A DNA stretch of 52,526 bases from Candidatus Omnitrophota bacterium (GTDB lineage: Bacteria; Omnitrophota; Gorgyraeia; Zapsychrales; Fredricksoniimonadaceae): positions 1 through 52,526 of the forward strand of contig JADFYF010000006.1 in the NCBI GenBank assembly GCA_015233165.1, written 5' to 3'. A program made the translations under genes and the position numbers. Each line of letters begins with the position of its first letter. Positions within the stretch are counted from its first letter, which is position 1. Of this stretch, positions 7,567-18,514 are shown piece by piece. Below the pieces are notes generated by a model. The model was not told the origin of the DNA and made no database searches. It saw only the letters and a list, made by a program, of their open reading frames with translations.

Positions 7567-8173
7567 ACCCGGCGAGAAGATTACCTATAATGTTCTTCAG
7601 ATGGGGGTGAAGGTGGGGGAAGCTACCTTGACCTTTGTCGGCGAAAAGGCGTATGAGAATCAGAAAGCTCTCCTCATCGTCTTTCAATCCAAAGGATTAA
7701 CGTTTTTCGACGAAGAAAAGATTTATTTAAATCCTCTGACCTTTAAGCCATTAGCGGTGGAGAGAGATTTGGATATTTTTGGCAATAAGGAAAAGATTAA
7801 CGAGCGCTATTCTCAAGGCAGCGTCAAGATTTTCAAGGACGCCGCTGGTAAGAGGATTGAACAAACCATTGACAAAGCAGGGGGAATGGATAATATTTAC
7901 GCATTCATCTACCGCTATCGTCAATCGGGGGCCTTTAAGATGAACGAACGTTTTGATGTACATCTGCCGACGAAGGATATTACGATTCAGTTAAAGCGGC
8001 AGGTTGATTTAAATAATATTGCAGGTCAGAACTACAGGGCGTTTTATATGGAAAGCGATCCGGCTAAGTATAAGCTTTGGTTCGATGCTTCCGACAAGAA
8101 ATTACCACTTCGCATCAGTAGCGCCATAGGAATGGCCAATACAGTGATGGTCATGACAGGATATGAAAATTAA
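7493..8173 (+). CDS. Exported DUF3108-like protein
   Basis: Signal peptide ending VLA; GEKITYNV...G.KVGEATL; LWFD....KLPLRI. Confidence 0.65.
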   Translation: MLKKFLICMLCVVGASSTVLAQAFKPGEKITYNVLQMGVKVGEATLTFVGEKAYENQKALLIVFQSKGLTFFDEEKIYLNPLTFKPLAVERDLDIFGNKEKINERYSQGSVKIFKDAAGKRIEQTIDKAGGMDNIYAFIYRYRQSGAFKMNERFDVHLPTKDITIQLKRQVDLNNIAGQNYRAFYMESDPAKYKLWFDASDKKLPLRISSAIGMANTVMVMTGYEN

Positions 8174-9356
8174 AAAACAACAACTCCCAGACAAGTCAGG
8201 TCATTACGGTGAATTCGGAGGCTGTTACGCTCCAGAAACCCTGATGGGGCTCCTGATTGATTTAGAAAAAGAATTCCAGAAGATTAAGAAGGATAAGACT
8301 TTTCAGAAGGAATTTGATTACTACCTCAAAGAGTATGCTGGTCGTCCGACGAATCTTTATCATGCCAAACGTTTGAGCGCTCATTTAAAGACTCTTAATG
8401 TTTATTTGAAACGCGAAGATTTGTTACATACAGGCGCTCATAAGATTAACAATACCTTGGGACAGATCATTGTCGCTCGTCGGATGGGAAAGACAAGAAT
8501 CATCGCCGAGACAGGAGCTGGTCAGCACGGCGTTGCTACGGCGACAGCGGCAGCTTTGTTTGGTCTTAAGTGTGTCATTTACATGGGAGCCGAAGACGTC
8601 AAGCGTCAGTCGTTGAACGTAGTGCGTATGAAGTTGATGGGCGCTGAAGTTCGGCCTGTGGAAAGTGGATCAAAGACTTTGAAGGATGCGATGAACGAAG
8701 CGGTGCGTGATTGGGTGACCAATGTGCATGATACCTTTTATATTATCGGATCCGTCGCTGGTTTTCATCCCTATCCGGTGATGGTGCGTACCTTTCAATC
8801 GATTATCGGTAAGGAAGCTCGTAGCCAGTTCCTCGCTAAAGAAAAGAAATTGCCGGATTATTTACTCGCCTGCGTCGGTGGCGGCAGCAATGCCATGGGG
8901 TTGTTTCATGCTTTTTATAACGATTCTTCCGTCAAGATGATCGGGGTGGAGGCTGCGGGTCATGGGGTTAACACGCATGCTCATTCGGCGACCCTGACTA
9001 AGGGAGAAGTGGGTGTCCTGCATGGCAGCAAGAGCATGTTGTTACAGGATAAGGATGGACAGGTGCAGATTGCTCATTCGGTGGCGGCAGGTTTGGATTA
9101 TCCGGGTGTCGGACCTGAGCATTCTTATTATCAACAAAGCGGTCGCGCCGAGTACGTTTCTATCGACGATCAAGAAGCTGTTGCTGCGTTAAAATTGTTA
9201 TCCCGCATGGAAGGTATTATTCCAGCTCTGGAAACTTCTCATGCCATCGCCTATTTAGAAAAATTAGCTCGTCGCGTCAAAGGCAAGGCTTCTGTAATTG
9301 TCTGTCTCTCTGGTCGTGGCGATAAAGATATGAATCAGATTTCGAAATTTGTTTAG
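8163..9356 (+). CDS. trpB: Tryptophan synthase beta chain
   Basis: [43 protein letters not shown]. Confidence 0.98.
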   Translation: MKIKKQQLPDKSGHYGEFGGCYAPETLMGLLIDLEKEFQKIKKDKTFQKEFDYYLKEYAGRPTNLYHAKRLSAHLKTLNVYLKREDLLHTGAHKINNTLGQIIVARRMGKTRIIAETGAGQHGVATATAAALFGLKCVIYMGAEDVKRQSLNVVRMKLMGAEVRPVESGSKTLKDAMNEAVRDWVTNVHDTFYIIGSVAGFHPYPVMVRTFQSIIGKEARSQFLAKEKKLPDYLLACVGGGSNAMGLFHAFYNDSSVKMIGVEAAGHGVNTHAHSATLTKGEVGVLHGSKSMLLQDKDGQVQIAHSVAAGLDYPGVGPEHSYYQQSGRAEYVSIDDQEAVAALKLLSRMEGIIPALETSHAIAYLEKLARRVKGKASVIVCLSGRGDKDMNQISKFV

Positions 9357-9363
9357 CTTGCAG

Positions 9364-9441
9364 CGGGTGGCCGAGGGAGGGGCATCCACAGTCGCCCGCA
9401 ACGAAGTGAGGACGAATGGGGATACCCGAGGACAGGACCCG
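9364..9441 (-). repeat. Imperfect long hairpin, MITE/REP-like element between trpB and trpA
   Basis: CGGGT/ACCCG, GGGCATCC/GGATACCC and TCGCCC/GGACGA arms around GCAACGAAGTGA. Confidence 0.5.
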
Positions 9442-9452
9442 TGGTACATATT

Positions 9453-10244
9453 ATGAATAGAATAGACCTAACATTTAAGAGTTTACGTGAGCAAAAGAAG
9501 AAGGCTTTTATTGCCTTTATCACCGCCGGTGATCCTGATTTAAAGACGACGCACGATCTGGTGTTGGCTTTTGAAAAGGCAGGCGTGGATATCATTGAAT
9601 TGGGTGTGCCATTTTCTGATCCTATGGCCGATGGCCCAACCATTCAGGCCTCCTCGATGCGAGCCTTGCAGAAGGGGACATCCTTAACCAAGGTTTTGGA
9701 TTTGGTTAAAAGTCTTCGTACCCAAACGCAGATTCCTATCGCCCTGATGACGTATACCAATATTATTTTTCATTACGGTGATGAGAAATTTGTCAAGGAT
9801 GCTAAGGCCTGTGGCGTGGACGGGATCATCATTCCTGATCTGCCGGTGACGGAAGCGCACGTTTTAACTACCGCAGCCAAGAAGGCGGATTTATCGACGG
9901 TATTTTTCATTGCGCCAACCACCAGCGATGAGCGGGCCAAACAGATTGCGGATGCGTCTTCCGGGTTTATTTATTATGTTTCAATCACGGGTGTCACCGG
10001 AGCCCGTCAGGCGACCCCTGTCACGACCTTTAAGCATTTAAAGAAGATTAAGACATTTATTACCAAGCCTGTCTGTGTGGGGTTTGGAATTTCGACGGCA
10101 GAACAGGTCAAGTCAGTTTCCAAGGTGGCAGATGGTGTGATCGTCGGCAGTGCGATCGTCAAAGAAATCCTGAAATATTCGAACGACAAAAATCTAGTAT
10201 CTAAAGTGGCCAAGTTCGTTCAGTCCTTAGCTGCAGCAAGGTAG
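9453..10244 (+). CDS. trpA: Tryptophan synthase alpha chain
   Basis: IELGVPFSDPMADGPTIQ, GVTG, VGFGIS; start MNRID. Confidence 0.98.
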   Translation: MNRIDLTFKSLREQKKKAFIAFITAGDPDLKTTHDLVLAFEKAGVDIIELGVPFSDPMADGPTIQASSMRALQKGTSLTKVLDLVKSLRTQTQIPIALMTYTNIIFHYGDEKFVKDAKACGVDGIIIPDLPVTEAHVLTTAAKKADLSTVFFIAPTTSDERAKQIADASSGFIYYVSITGVTGARQATPVTTFKHLKKIKTFITKPVCVGFGISTAEQVKSVSKVADGVIVGSAIVKEILKYSNDKNLVSKVAKFVQSLAAAR

Positions 10245-10245
10245 T

Positions 10246-11520
10246 ATGCGAAAACTCACCACGCTCGACAATAAGTTAAGAATCATTACCCAACGCATGA
10301 AGGTCCGTGACAGTGTTTCTGTCGGGGTTTGGTTTGGCGTCGGTGGTCGTTATGAAAATTCCCAGAACAAGGGCATTGCCCATTTCATGGAGCACCTGGC
10401 TTTTAAGGGTAGCCGCAACTATTCCTGTGAACAGATTAAGCAGCAGGTCGAAGGGGTGGGGGGTAGTCTCAATGCCTTTACCAGCGAGGAAGAAACCTGT
10501 TTCTATGCCAAGGTTCCCCGTAAACATTTGAATAAAACATTTGATATTCTCTCTGACATTAGTTTTTTCCCACAGATCACCAAGAGCGATTTGGAAAAAG
10601 AACGCACGGTGATTTTAGAAGAGATCAAGATGTACCATGATCTACCGCAGTATTACGTCATGGAACTCTTAGAGCAGCTCTTGTGGCCTAATCATCCTCT
10701 CGGGGAAGGTTTGGCAGGGACAAGTCAGACGGTGTCGAATTTAAAGCAGGCGGATCTTAAAGCTTTTCAGCAGCACTACTACGTCCCCGATAATGTGGTC
10801 GTCTCCTTGTGCGGGGATATTAAGCACGATGAGGTGGTGGATGTGATCGCGAAGAAGTTGGCTCATTTGAAGGGTCATAAACCAGACCGCTATATTCCTG
10901 CCCGCAAGACTCAGGATACTCCGACGGGAAGGTTTTATACCAAGGATACAGAGCAGATGCACCTAGCCTTAGGTTTTTTGGGCTACGAGACCAACCATAA
11001 AGATTATTACGTGCTGGCTCTTTTAAGTATTATGTTGGGCGGTAATATGTCGAGTCGCCTGTTCAATGAGGTGCGTGAAAAAAGGGGTTTGGCGTATTCG
11101 ATTGGCAGTTCCTTTAAGAGTTTAGACGATACCGGTGTCTTTATGGTCCGTGCCGGAGTGGATAATAGCAAGATTGAATCTGCTTTAGATGTCATTCTGA
11201 AGGTTCTACGCAAGGTCGCCCGTCAGGGAGTGACCGCTGATGAATTGAAACGAGGTAAGGATTACTTCTCAGGTCAGTTTCTCCTGGGTCTTGAAGACAC
11301 CATGGATCACATGATTTGGCTGGGTGCAGGACTGATGAGTCGCGATAAGATCAATACGCCTGAGATAGTTGTTCAGAAAATCCAAGCAGTAACCCTGGCG
11401 GATATCAAAAGAGTCGCCGATGAAATTCTTAATCCTCAACGATTAAACGTCAGCCTGATCGGGCCGTTGGATGAAAAATTAGAAAGCCAACTAAGGGTTG
11501 TGGCGGGACTTTCTCGTTAA
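10246..11520 (+). CDS. M16 (pitrilysin-family) zinc peptidase
   Basis: GIAHFMEHLAFKG, NAFTS.E.T, SRLF.EVREKRGLAY. Confidence 0.95.
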   Translation: MRKLTTLDNKLRIITQRMKVRDSVSVGVWFGVGGRYENSQNKGIAHFMEHLAFKGSRNYSCEQIKQQVEGVGGSLNAFTSEEETCFYAKVPRKHLNKTFDILSDISFFPQITKSDLEKERTVILEEIKMYHDLPQYYVMELLEQLLWPNHPLGEGLAGTSQTVSNLKQADLKAFQQHYYVPDNVVVSLCGDIKHDEVVDVIAKKLAHLKGHKPDRYIPARKTQDTPTGRFYTKDTEQMHLALGFLGYETNHKDYYVLALLSIMLGGNMSSRLFNEVREKRGLAYSIGSSFKSLDDTGVFMVRAGVDNSKIESALDVILKVLRKVARQGVTADELKRGKDYFSGQFLLGLEDTMDHMIWLGAGLMSRDKINTPEIVVQKIQAVTLADIKRVADEILNPQRLNVSLIGPLDEKLESQLRVVAGLSR

Positions 11521-11530
11521 AGAGTGGTCA

Positions 11531-11559
11531 TTGCTTAAAAACTTGGCTTATGTTATGAT
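11531..11559 (+). promoter_or_regulatory. Sigma70 promoter, probably giving a leaderless iscA transcript
   Basis: TTGCTT-N17-TATGAT with TG extension, 8 nt before ATG, no SD. Confidence 0.6.
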
Positions 11560-11567
11560 TTCCCCCT

Positions 11568-11906
11568 ATGAATACACAAACACCTCTGATCACACTAACA
11601 GATTCTGCCGTCGAAAAGATTAGGTCTATGATGGCCAAGGAAGGTAAGGAAGGGTATGCCTTGCGTTTTGGTCTGACGACCGGAGGGTGTGCCGGGCTTT
11701 CCTATGAAATGAAATTTCAAAAGACCCCTTATGAGAATGATATTGTCTTTGATCAGAAGGGTTTAACAGTCATTGTGAATCAGGAAAGCGTTGAGTTTAT
11801 TAAGGGTGTGGAGGTGGATTACATCGACACCTTACGTGAAAGCGGATTTAAATATAAGAATCCTAATGCCAAGTCCAGCTGCGGTTGCGGCACCTCGTTT
11901 AGTTGA
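11568..11906 (+). CDS. iscA: A-type Fe-S carrier (IscA/ErpA/HesB)
   Basis: GGCAGLSY, NPNAKSSCGCGTSF. Confidence 0.9.
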   Translation: MNTQTPLITLTDSAVEKIRSMMAKEGKEGYALRFGLTTGGCAGLSYEMKFQKTPYENDIVFDQKGLTVIVNQESVEFIKGVEVDYIDTLRESGFKYKNPNAKSSCGCGTSFS

Positions 11907-11930
11907 CGATAAACGGAATGTTTATCGTCA
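11904..11930. terminator. 11-bp-stem hairpin after iscA
   Basis: TGACGATAAAC-GGAAT-GTTTATCGTCA; no U-tract. Confidence 0.45.
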
Positions 11931-11989
11931 TCCTGGGTCTTACAGACGAAGGATCTTAAAGCAAGATTCTTCGCTCCGCTCAGAATGAC
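11927..11989. repeat. GTCATCCTG...CAGAATGAC miniature inverted-repeat element
   Basis: GTCATCCTG..CGAAGGATCT / AGATTCTTCG..CAGAATGAC inverted arms. Confidence 0.7.
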
Positions 11990-11996
11990 AAATTAA

Positions 11997-13817
<1,821 letters not shown>

Positions 13818-13830
13818 GCATTTCGGCATA

Positions 13831-13891
13831 AACAGTCTCATAACAGTCTCATTTTATTTCTTATTGTCACAGATAAGTATTATGGTATACT
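13831..13891 (+). promoter_or_regulatory. 11-bp tandem repeat plus promoter upstream of the PilZ gene
   Basis: AACAGTCTCAT x2 (13831-13852); TTGTCA-N16-TATACT with TG extension. Confidence 0.5.
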
Positions 13892-13936
13892 AGCCGCGCG
13901 TTTTAAGCTTTGTTACCTGAAAGAGGAATGCTATTC

Positions 13937-14281
13937 ATGGAAAATAAAAGAAAACATCCGCGTTCTTCATTTAGTGAGCCCGTAGGGTATCAAAGAAGGG
14001 AAGATCTTCCTTTAGAAGGTTCTGTGGCTGGGGATATCAGTCAAACGGGATTAAAACTGAGCGTGAATGAGTTTATTCCGCTCAATACGATTCTTGAATT
14101 ACAGATTCAGCTACCTGGTCAGGTTCAACTTGTTCCTGCTCATGCTAAGGTTGTTTGGGTCAGAGAAGCTTCTCACCGAGAAGATGCCTGGGAGATTGGA
14201 TTACAGTTGGTGTCCAGCGAGAATTTCTCCTTGGCAATTCGGGAGTATGTTAATCGTAACCGTTTTGAATCTTTATCTTAG
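13937..14281 (+). CDS. PilZ-domain protein
   Basis: RKHPR (RxxxR) and DISQTG (DxSxxG); RBS GAGGA. Confidence 0.88.
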   Translation: MENKRKHPRSSFSEPVGYQRREDLPLEGSVAGDISQTGLKLSVNEFIPLNTILELQIQLPGQVQLVPAHAKVVWVREASHREDAWEIGLQLVSSENFSLAIREYVNRNRFESLS

Positions 14282-14349
14282 TGGAGTATCTAACATTTCT
14301 GAAGGACATAGTTAGTAAAGTATAATTAAATCTTGAAAGGATTGGTTTT

Positions 14350-14559
14350 ATGGCCGAAAAAGCAGTCGTTGAAGAAGTAAAGAATTGTCCCGCATGTAAA
14401 AAGCCTATGAAAAAGTCTCGCCGTTTTTATCGTAATGGCGCGTATTTCTGCAACAGCAATTGTTTTAAAAAAGTCGATGCGACGGCTAAGGTTGCTAAGG
14501 CTGAAGCTGCCGCTAAGGCTGCTGCCGAAGCTGCACCAGCCCAAGAAAACAAAGGGTAA
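14350..14559 (+). CDS. Small Cys4 zinc-finger protein with Ala/Lys-rich tail
   Basis: CPAC...YFCNSNC; RBS AAAGGA. Confidence 0.7.
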   Translation: MAEKAVVEEVKNCPACKKPMKKSRRFYRNGAYFCNSNCFKKVDATAKVAKAEAAAKAAAEAAPAQENKG

Positions 14560-14564
14560 ATAAC

Positions 14565-14957
14565 GTGAGCGTAAGAGTTCTACAGGGGGCTGAACGTCGT
14601 CGGCATGTTCGTTTAGAGCAGCTGATTCCGTTTAAAATCTCCAGTGGCGACTTGGACTTCGTCACGGAAACTAAGAATTTCAGCTCTTCTGGAGCCCTGT
14701 GTTTAGTTAATAAGCATATTACGCCGATGACTAAATTGAAGCTGCACTTTTTGCTTCCTTTGAAACGTAATAATAAGGTGGTCAACAAGCGTATTAGCTG
14801 TGAAGGTGTGGTGGTGCGCAGTGAATCCGCTGTTGACCAAGATTCTTTTCAAACCGCTATTTTCTTTAGTGATATCTCACCTCGCGATAGTCAGATTATT
14901 CATGAATTTGTGGAATCTGCCATGCCTCCACATGAGTCAATCTCCAAATCCCTATAA
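14565..14957 (+). CDS. PilZ-domain protein
   Basis: ERRRHVR and NFSSSG; GVVVR...AIFF. Confidence 0.85.
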   Translation: MSVRVLQGAERRRHVRLEQLIPFKISSGDLDFVTETKNFSSSGALCLVNKHITPMTKLKLHFLLPLKRNNKVVNKRISCEGVVVRSESAVDQDSFQTAIFFSDISPRDSQIIHEFVESAMPPHESISKSL

Positions 14958-15621
14958 CACACCCAAGACGACAATTGATAGTCTTTACGAAGATAAGGAC
15001 TGTGCGGTTTTTTATAAGCCAGCTGGTTTATTGACGATTCCTACGGATAAGAACGAAGAGTTCACCTTGGTGTCCATTGTCAATCAACAGAGAACTGATG
15101 CGGTTGCTTTGCATCCGGCCCACCGCTTGGATCGAGATACATCCGGCGTGATTCTGTTTGCCAAGGGTAAGGAGAATCAGCAGATTCTTATGAACGCCTT
15201 TAAAGAAAAGCAGGTTAAGAAAACCTATATTGCTTTTGTGCATGGCCACGTGGAATCTTCAGAAGGTAAGATCAGGATTCCTATTAAGGATTTTTATCAA
15301 AGGAAGTTTCAAAAAAATCTACCACCTCAGTCGGCGTTGACCTTATATAAAGTTCTGGAATATCGTAAGGATTTTACCATTGTCGAAGTGAATCCTATCA
15401 CCGGCCGCACAAATCAGATTCGTATCCATTTTACAAAGATTGGCCATCCTCTGGTGGGGGAAGATAAGTATGTCTTTCGCAAGGACTTTGCCTTACGTTT
15501 CCGTCGGACAGCCTTACATGCCGCCCAATTAATTTTTCCTCATCCGGTGAATCAGAAAATGATTACCGTTAAGGCTCCTTTAGCTCAAGATATGACTAAT
15601 TTTCTAGAAAAAACAATATAG
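14932..15621 (+). CDS. RluA-family pseudouridine synthase
   Basis: KPAGL, HRLDRDTSG, TGRTNQIRIH, GHPLVGE..Y. Confidence 0.92.
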   Translation: MSQSPNPYNTPKTTIDSLYEDKDCAVFYKPAGLLTIPTDKNEEFTLVSIVNQQRTDAVALHPAHRLDRDTSGVILFAKGKENQQILMNAFKEKQVKKTYIAFVHGHVESSEGKIRIPIKDFYQRKFQKNLPPQSALTLYKVLEYRKDFTIVEVNPITGRTNQIRIHFTKIGHPLVGEDKYVFRKDFALRFRRTALHAAQLIFPHPVNQKMITVKAPLAQDMTNFLEKTI

Positions 15622-15640
15622 TTGAAGTACAATTGCCCAT

Positions 15641-16414
15641 ATGCACATTGCCCATCCCGTGGAATTTATCAAACCTTTTGTTGAAATTGCCATCCTTTGG
15701 TTTGTTTTTTATCGCATCTTATTATTCTTTCAGGGCACACGTGCTTTTCAGGTTCTTAAAGGAATCGCTTATTTAATTATTGCGTTGTTAATATCTCAAC
15801 TGCTGGGATTTACAGTTTTAAATTGGTTGTTAAAAAATTTCTTTTCAATTTGGATTGTGGCGATCGTCGTCATTTTTCAGCATGAACTTCGTTCAGGGTT
15901 GGCTCGTCTAGGGCAGCAGCATTTGTTTAGTATTTCGTTAGGAGAGTCTGAGATTCGGGCTGTTATTGAAGAGGTTGCGGAAGCGGTCTATAAGCTGGCT
16001 AAGAGAAAGACAGGGTGTTTGATTGCGATTGAACGGCAGATGAAGTTGACGATGTATATTGAAAGTGGGGTCCTCTTAGATTCAAAGATTACGTCTCCTC
16101 TTTTAGAAAGTATTTTTATAGTTCAATCGCCTTTGCATGATGGGGGAGTTGTTGTCTGTGGGGAGAGAATCGCGGCTACGTCGTGTTTATTTCCTCTATC
16201 AGAAAACCCTTCGGTCAGTAAGACGGTGGGGACTCGTCATCGAGCAGCTCTGGGCTTAAGTGAACATACAGATGCTGTCATTGTGATGGCTTCTGAAGAA
16301 ACAGGGGATGTCAGTGTTGTGGTCGACGGCCGTTTTATTAAGATCGACAATCAGCAGCATTTAGAGAGTTTAATCAAAGAGCTTTTTAACCCTTCTCAAA
16401 AGGTCAAGGCATGA
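15641..16414 (+). CDS. cdaA: Diadenylate cyclase CdaA
   Basis: Three N-terminal TM helices, FQ.ELR..L, PLHDGG, GTRHRAA.GLSE.TDA. Confidence 0.93.
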   Translation: MHIAHPVEFIKPFVEIAILWFVFYRILLFFQGTRAFQVLKGIAYLIIALLISQLLGFTVLNWLLKNFFSIWIVAIVVIFQHELRSGLARLGQQHLFSISLGESEIRAVIEEVAEAVYKLAKRKTGCLIAIERQMKLTMYIESGVLLDSKITSPLLESIFIVQSPLHDGGVVVCGERIAATSCLFPLSENPSVSKTVGTRHRAALGLSEHTDAVIVMASEETGDVSVVVDGRFIKIDNQQHLESLIKELFNPSQKVKA

Positions 16415-16500
16415 AGCATTGGTTTGAATCTAATTTATTCTTGAAGGTTGTCTCGTTGAGTCTCGCCATTATTACATGGCTTTATGTAAAGAACGGATAA
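16411..16500 (+). CDS. 29-aa CdaR-like single-TM microprotein (not in the ORF track)
   Basis: MKHWFESNLFLKVVSLSLAIITWLYVKNG*; ATGA overlap with the cdaA stop; fits the CdaR N-terminal pattern N..LK..SL.LA...W.YV. Confidence 0.75.
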   Translation: MKHWFESNLFLKVVSLSLAIITWLYVKNG

Positions 16501-16506
16501 GTGTCT

Positions 16507-17223
16507 ATGGCCAAATTAGGAGTGAACATAGACCATGTTGCAACCCTTCGTCAAGCCCGCCGGGAAACAGATCCTGATCCTATTCTAGCTGCGCGTATTT
16601 GTGAAGAGGCTGGAGCCCACAGTATCGTTGCTCACTTAAGAGAAGACCGTCGACATATTCAAGATATAGACATCGTTCTTTTACGAAAGAGTATTAAGAT
16701 CCGATTTAATTTAGAAATGTCGATTTCAAAAGATATTGTTAAAGTTGCTTTGCAGATTAAACCTGATCAGGCTACCCTCGTCCCTGAGAGACGTCAGGAA
16801 GTGACTACCGAAGGTGGACTGGACGTGGTCGGCAATCGTAAACGTTTAGTGTCGGTGTGTGATCATCTGCAGCAAAAAGGGATCATGGTTAGTCTGTTCA
16901 TCGATCCTGATAAAAAACAAATTGAAGCCACGAAGGCCCTGAATGTTCCGATGATTGAGTTGCACACGGGGGCGTACGCCAGGGCTTATGCGGGACGATC
17001 AGAGACAAAGGAATTGGCTAAATTAAAAGCGATGACCCTATATGCTCAGAAATTAGGATTGATTGTGAATGCGGGGCATGGGTTGAATTATCACAACACA
17101 GCGGCGGTTGCCCGCATTGCTGGGATGGAAGAATTGAATATCGGACACTCTATTATTTCACGAGCTGTCTTTGTGGGGTTAAAACAAGCGGTTAAGGAAA
17201 TGTTGCAAATTATTAAATTTTAA
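16507..17223 (+). CDS. pdxJ: Pyridoxine 5'-phosphate synthase
   Basis: [45 protein letters not shown]. Confidence 0.97.
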   Translation: MAKLGVNIDHVATLRQARRETDPDPILAARICEEAGAHSIVAHLREDRRHIQDIDIVLLRKSIKIRFNLEMSISKDIVKVALQIKPDQATLVPERRQEVTTEGGLDVVGNRKRLVSVCDHLQQKGIMVSLFIDPDKKQIEATKALNVPMIELHTGAYARAYAGRSETKELAKLKAMTLYAQKLGLIVNAGHGLNYHNTAAVARIAGMEELNIGHSIISRAVFVGLKQAVKEMLQIIKF

Positions 17224-17226
17224 TTA

Positions 17227-17331
17227 TCATCCCCGAATGTTTTCCCCTCGTGACGGGGATTTCCAGTTGGTCGTTGTCGGGGATCCAGACATTAGTGAAC
17301 TAGATTCCCGACTAAAGCATTCGGGAATGAC
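17227..17331. repeat. TCATCCCCGAATG...CATTCGGGAATGAC inverted-repeat element with a 31-nt nested insert
   Basis: Left arm matches the reverse complement of the right arm (a few mismatches) apart from extra bases at 17244-17274. Confidence 0.7.
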
Positions 17332-17338
17332 AAAATTT

Positions 17339-17686
17339 ATGATTCTAGGTATCGGAACCGACATCATCGAAGTCAGTCGTATCAAGAAATCTCTGGATCG
17401 CTTCGGGGAGGATTTCCTCAAACATATCCTTACCGACGAGGAGATTGCCTACGCTAAGAAATATAAATACCCTCATCAGCATTACGCCGGACGTTTTGCA
17501 GCTAAGGAAGCTATTTTTAAAGCCGTCGGTGATCCCAAGTTATCCTGGCATGATGTGAGCATTATCAATGATAAAGAAGGTAAGCCGATTTGTAAGCACC
17601 GTAAAGCCAGTTTTAAGAAAAATATTTTAATCTCCATCTCACATTCTAAAAATTATGCCACGGCCATCTGTATTGTCACGCCGTAA
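17339..17686 (+). CDS. acpS: Holo-ACP synthase
   Basis: MILGIGTDIIEVSRI, AGRFAAKEA..KA, ISISH. Confidence 0.95.
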   Translation: MILGIGTDIIEVSRIKKSLDRFGEDFLKHILTDEEIAYAKKYKYPHQHYAGRFAAKEAIFKAVGDPKLSWHDVSIINDKEGKPICKHRKASFKKNILISISHSKNYATAICIVTP

Positions 17687-18506
17687 TCCTCATCTCAGTA
17701 AGAAGGATTTTGGTCACGTCCTCGTGGTAGCAGGTTCCCCGATGATGTTAGGCGCATCTGCCCTGTGTTCATTAGCTGCGATGCGTTCAGGGGCTGGCCT
17801 TGTGACAGCAGCTGTTCCTAAGAATCTTAATTTAACTCTTCAGAGGAAGATTTCGAATGTCGTTATGACCTTGCCATTACCTCAGACGGCTCAAGGAACA
17901 TTTTCCCTCAAAGCTTTTGATGTGATTAAGAAGTCTTTTCCTAGATTTAATGCGGTGGCTATTGGACCAGGTCTAGGAACAAGTTCCAGCACGGCTGGGT
18001 TCATTTATCAAATGGTCGAGCATTATCCCGGCCCCATGGTTGTGGATGCGGATGCTTTAAATGCTGTAGCGAAGAATCTGAAGGTCTTATTAAAAGCCAA
18101 GGGACCTCGAATACTGACCCCTCATGTGGGAGAAATGGCTCGTCTGACAGGGATAAGTATTCCAGAGATCGAAGCCCATCGAAAGAGGATCGCGTTGGAT
18201 TTTGCTCGTCAGTATCATTGTGTTCTTGTTTTAAAAGGGCATCGTACAGTTATTGTTTCACCTGAAGGTAAAATAACGGTTAATACCACAGGTAATGTGG
18301 GGATGGCTACTGCTGGAAGCGGAGATGTTCTGACAGGGATGATGGTGGCTTTCTTAGCCCAAGGGATTGAGCCTTTTGAAACTGCAAGATTTGGAGTTTA
18401 TTTACACGGGTTAGCTGGCGACTATGCAGCAAAGTTGAAATTTAAAATAGGAATGATTGCGTTAGATATTATTGAACATATTCCTTATGCTTTAAAACAT
18501 AAATAA
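17655..18506 (+). CDS. nnrD: NAD(P)H-hydrate dehydratase (stand-alone, no epimerase domain)
   Basis: K.DFG.V.VVAGS, GPGLG, VDADAL, TPH.GEM.RL, ATAGSGDVL.G. Confidence 0.93.
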   Translation: MPRPSVLSRRNPHLSKKDFGHVLVVAGSPMMLGASALCSLAAMRSGAGLVTAAVPKNLNLTLQRKISNVVMTLPLPQTAQGTFSLKAFDVIKKSFPRFNAVAIGPGLGTSSSTAGFIYQMVEHYPGPMVVDADALNAVAKNLKVLLKAKGPRILTPHVGEMARLTGISIPEIEAHRKRIALDFARQYHCVLVLKGHRTVIVSPEGKITVNTTGNVGMATAGSGDVLTGMMVAFLAQGIEPFETARFGVYLHGLAGDYAAKLKFKIGMIALDIIEHIPYALKHK

Positions 18507-18514
18507 AGATCCTC

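Noticed and set aside
17237-17338. N-terminal extension of AcpS in the ORF track
   Set aside because: It is translated repeat-element DNA; the family start is MILGIGTD at 17339.
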